Assembly (NCBI GenBank): GCA_009914755.4
Contig: CP068257.2
Coordinates: 31,648,001-31,712,000, forward strand
DNA: 64,000 bases
Source of the DNA: the human T2T-CHM13v2.0 reference genome, Homo sapiens
Direction of reading: 5' to 3'
Shown in pieces: positions 63,433-64,000 of the stretch (within the stretch, counting starts at the first letter, position 1; each line of letters opens with the position of its first letter). The notes under the pieces were generated by a model, which was given only the letters and a program-made list of their open reading frames with translations, ran no database searches and had not been told where the DNA came from. A program made the position numbers and the translations under genes.

Positions 63433-63885
63433 TAAGTTTTAAATTTTTGATAAGGTTTTCTGTTTATAATGAGAGTTTCTGGATTTTTAGAAATAGATTC
63501 TGATGTGGAACCTTTTCAAGAATGTTTAAGGTATTTTTAATGCCAGCTCTAATCTCAGGCCTCAGATATGTAAAAGTGGAAGTGAAAACTGGCCAAGAAT
63601 GAAGTATTTCATATGCTAGTGTATATTTTTGGTAATTTCTTAAAAATGTTTCCATTTTGAAAAACAAGGTAGACTTGTATTTGGTTCAGCAACAAAATTA
63701 TTTTGGTATTATCTCTGGTTTCTAATATCTAAATCGTCTTTAAAATGGCATCTGTGATATTATTAAAAATAAATAAATCAGCTAATGAATTAGGCTTGAC
63801 AAAAATGCCTTCCCAGAAGATAGTTTCTCTGCTACTTATGGTCAATGGGCTTAACATAGGTAAAAGTTCTCAAATCTGCTAAATT

Positions 63886-64000
63886 GGCCGGGCATGGTGG
63901 CTCACGCCTGTAATCCCAGCACTTTGGGAGGCTGAGGTGGGCAGATCACCTGAGGTGAGGAGTTTAAGATCAGTCTAGCCAACATGGCAAAACCCCATCT
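63886..64000 (+). mobile_element. Alu (plus), truncated by the window end
   Basis: ggccgggcatggtggctcacgcctgtaatcccagcactttgggaggctgaggtgggcagatcacctgaggtgaggagtttaagatcagtctagccaacatggcaaaaccccatct. Confidence 0.85.

Overview
This window is human (primate) genomic DNA, not a prokaryotic locus. Alu elements are very dense (more than 30 copies), with L1, MaLR-LTR and MIR relics and GT-AG introns. By translating the exon-sized ORFs I recognise chromosome 21q22.11, the class II cytokine-receptor cluster.

The layout on the + strand is:
- IL10RB coding exons 4-7 at 545-711, 3887-4034, 8897-9054 and 16975-17148 (stop 17146-17148). The 3'UTR runs to about 18005, carries an embedded Alu, and has a candidate ATTAAA poly(A) signal at 17982.
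- About 24 kb of repeat-rich intergenic DNA follows.
- A roughly 6.2-kb extremely AT-rich hierarchical tandem array lies at 42127-48312. Every unit contains GGAATAT followed by (TA)n. It is bracketed by a perfect 22-bp inverted repeat and starts exactly where the poly(A) tail of an Alu should be.
- The array ends about 0.9-1 kb upstream of the IFNAR1 TSS (about 0.17 kb upstream of the CpG island).
- The IFNAR1 CpG-island promoter spans about 48470-49720. It is TATA-less and contains about 4.5 tandem ~37-bp GC-box units plus a (GT)5 microsatellite.
- IFNAR1 exon 1 starts with ATG at 49300 (MMVVLLGATTLVLVAVAPWVLSAAAG) and has its donor at 49375.
- IFNAR1 intron 1 is 10.4 kb. It contains a mosaic ancient L1, an Alu and a frameshifted USF1 processed-pseudogene fragment.
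- IFNAR1 exon 2 is at 59768-59891, followed by the start of intron 2, which holds an antisense L1PA 3' fragment with TSDs and several Alus.

No operon-like or defence-system-like gene set exists here. The most unusual object is the palindrome-flanked AT-rich minisatellite megablock that abuts the IFNAR1 promoter.

All coordinates were hand-counted from the printed sequence. Treat repeat boundaries as accurate to about 5 bp.
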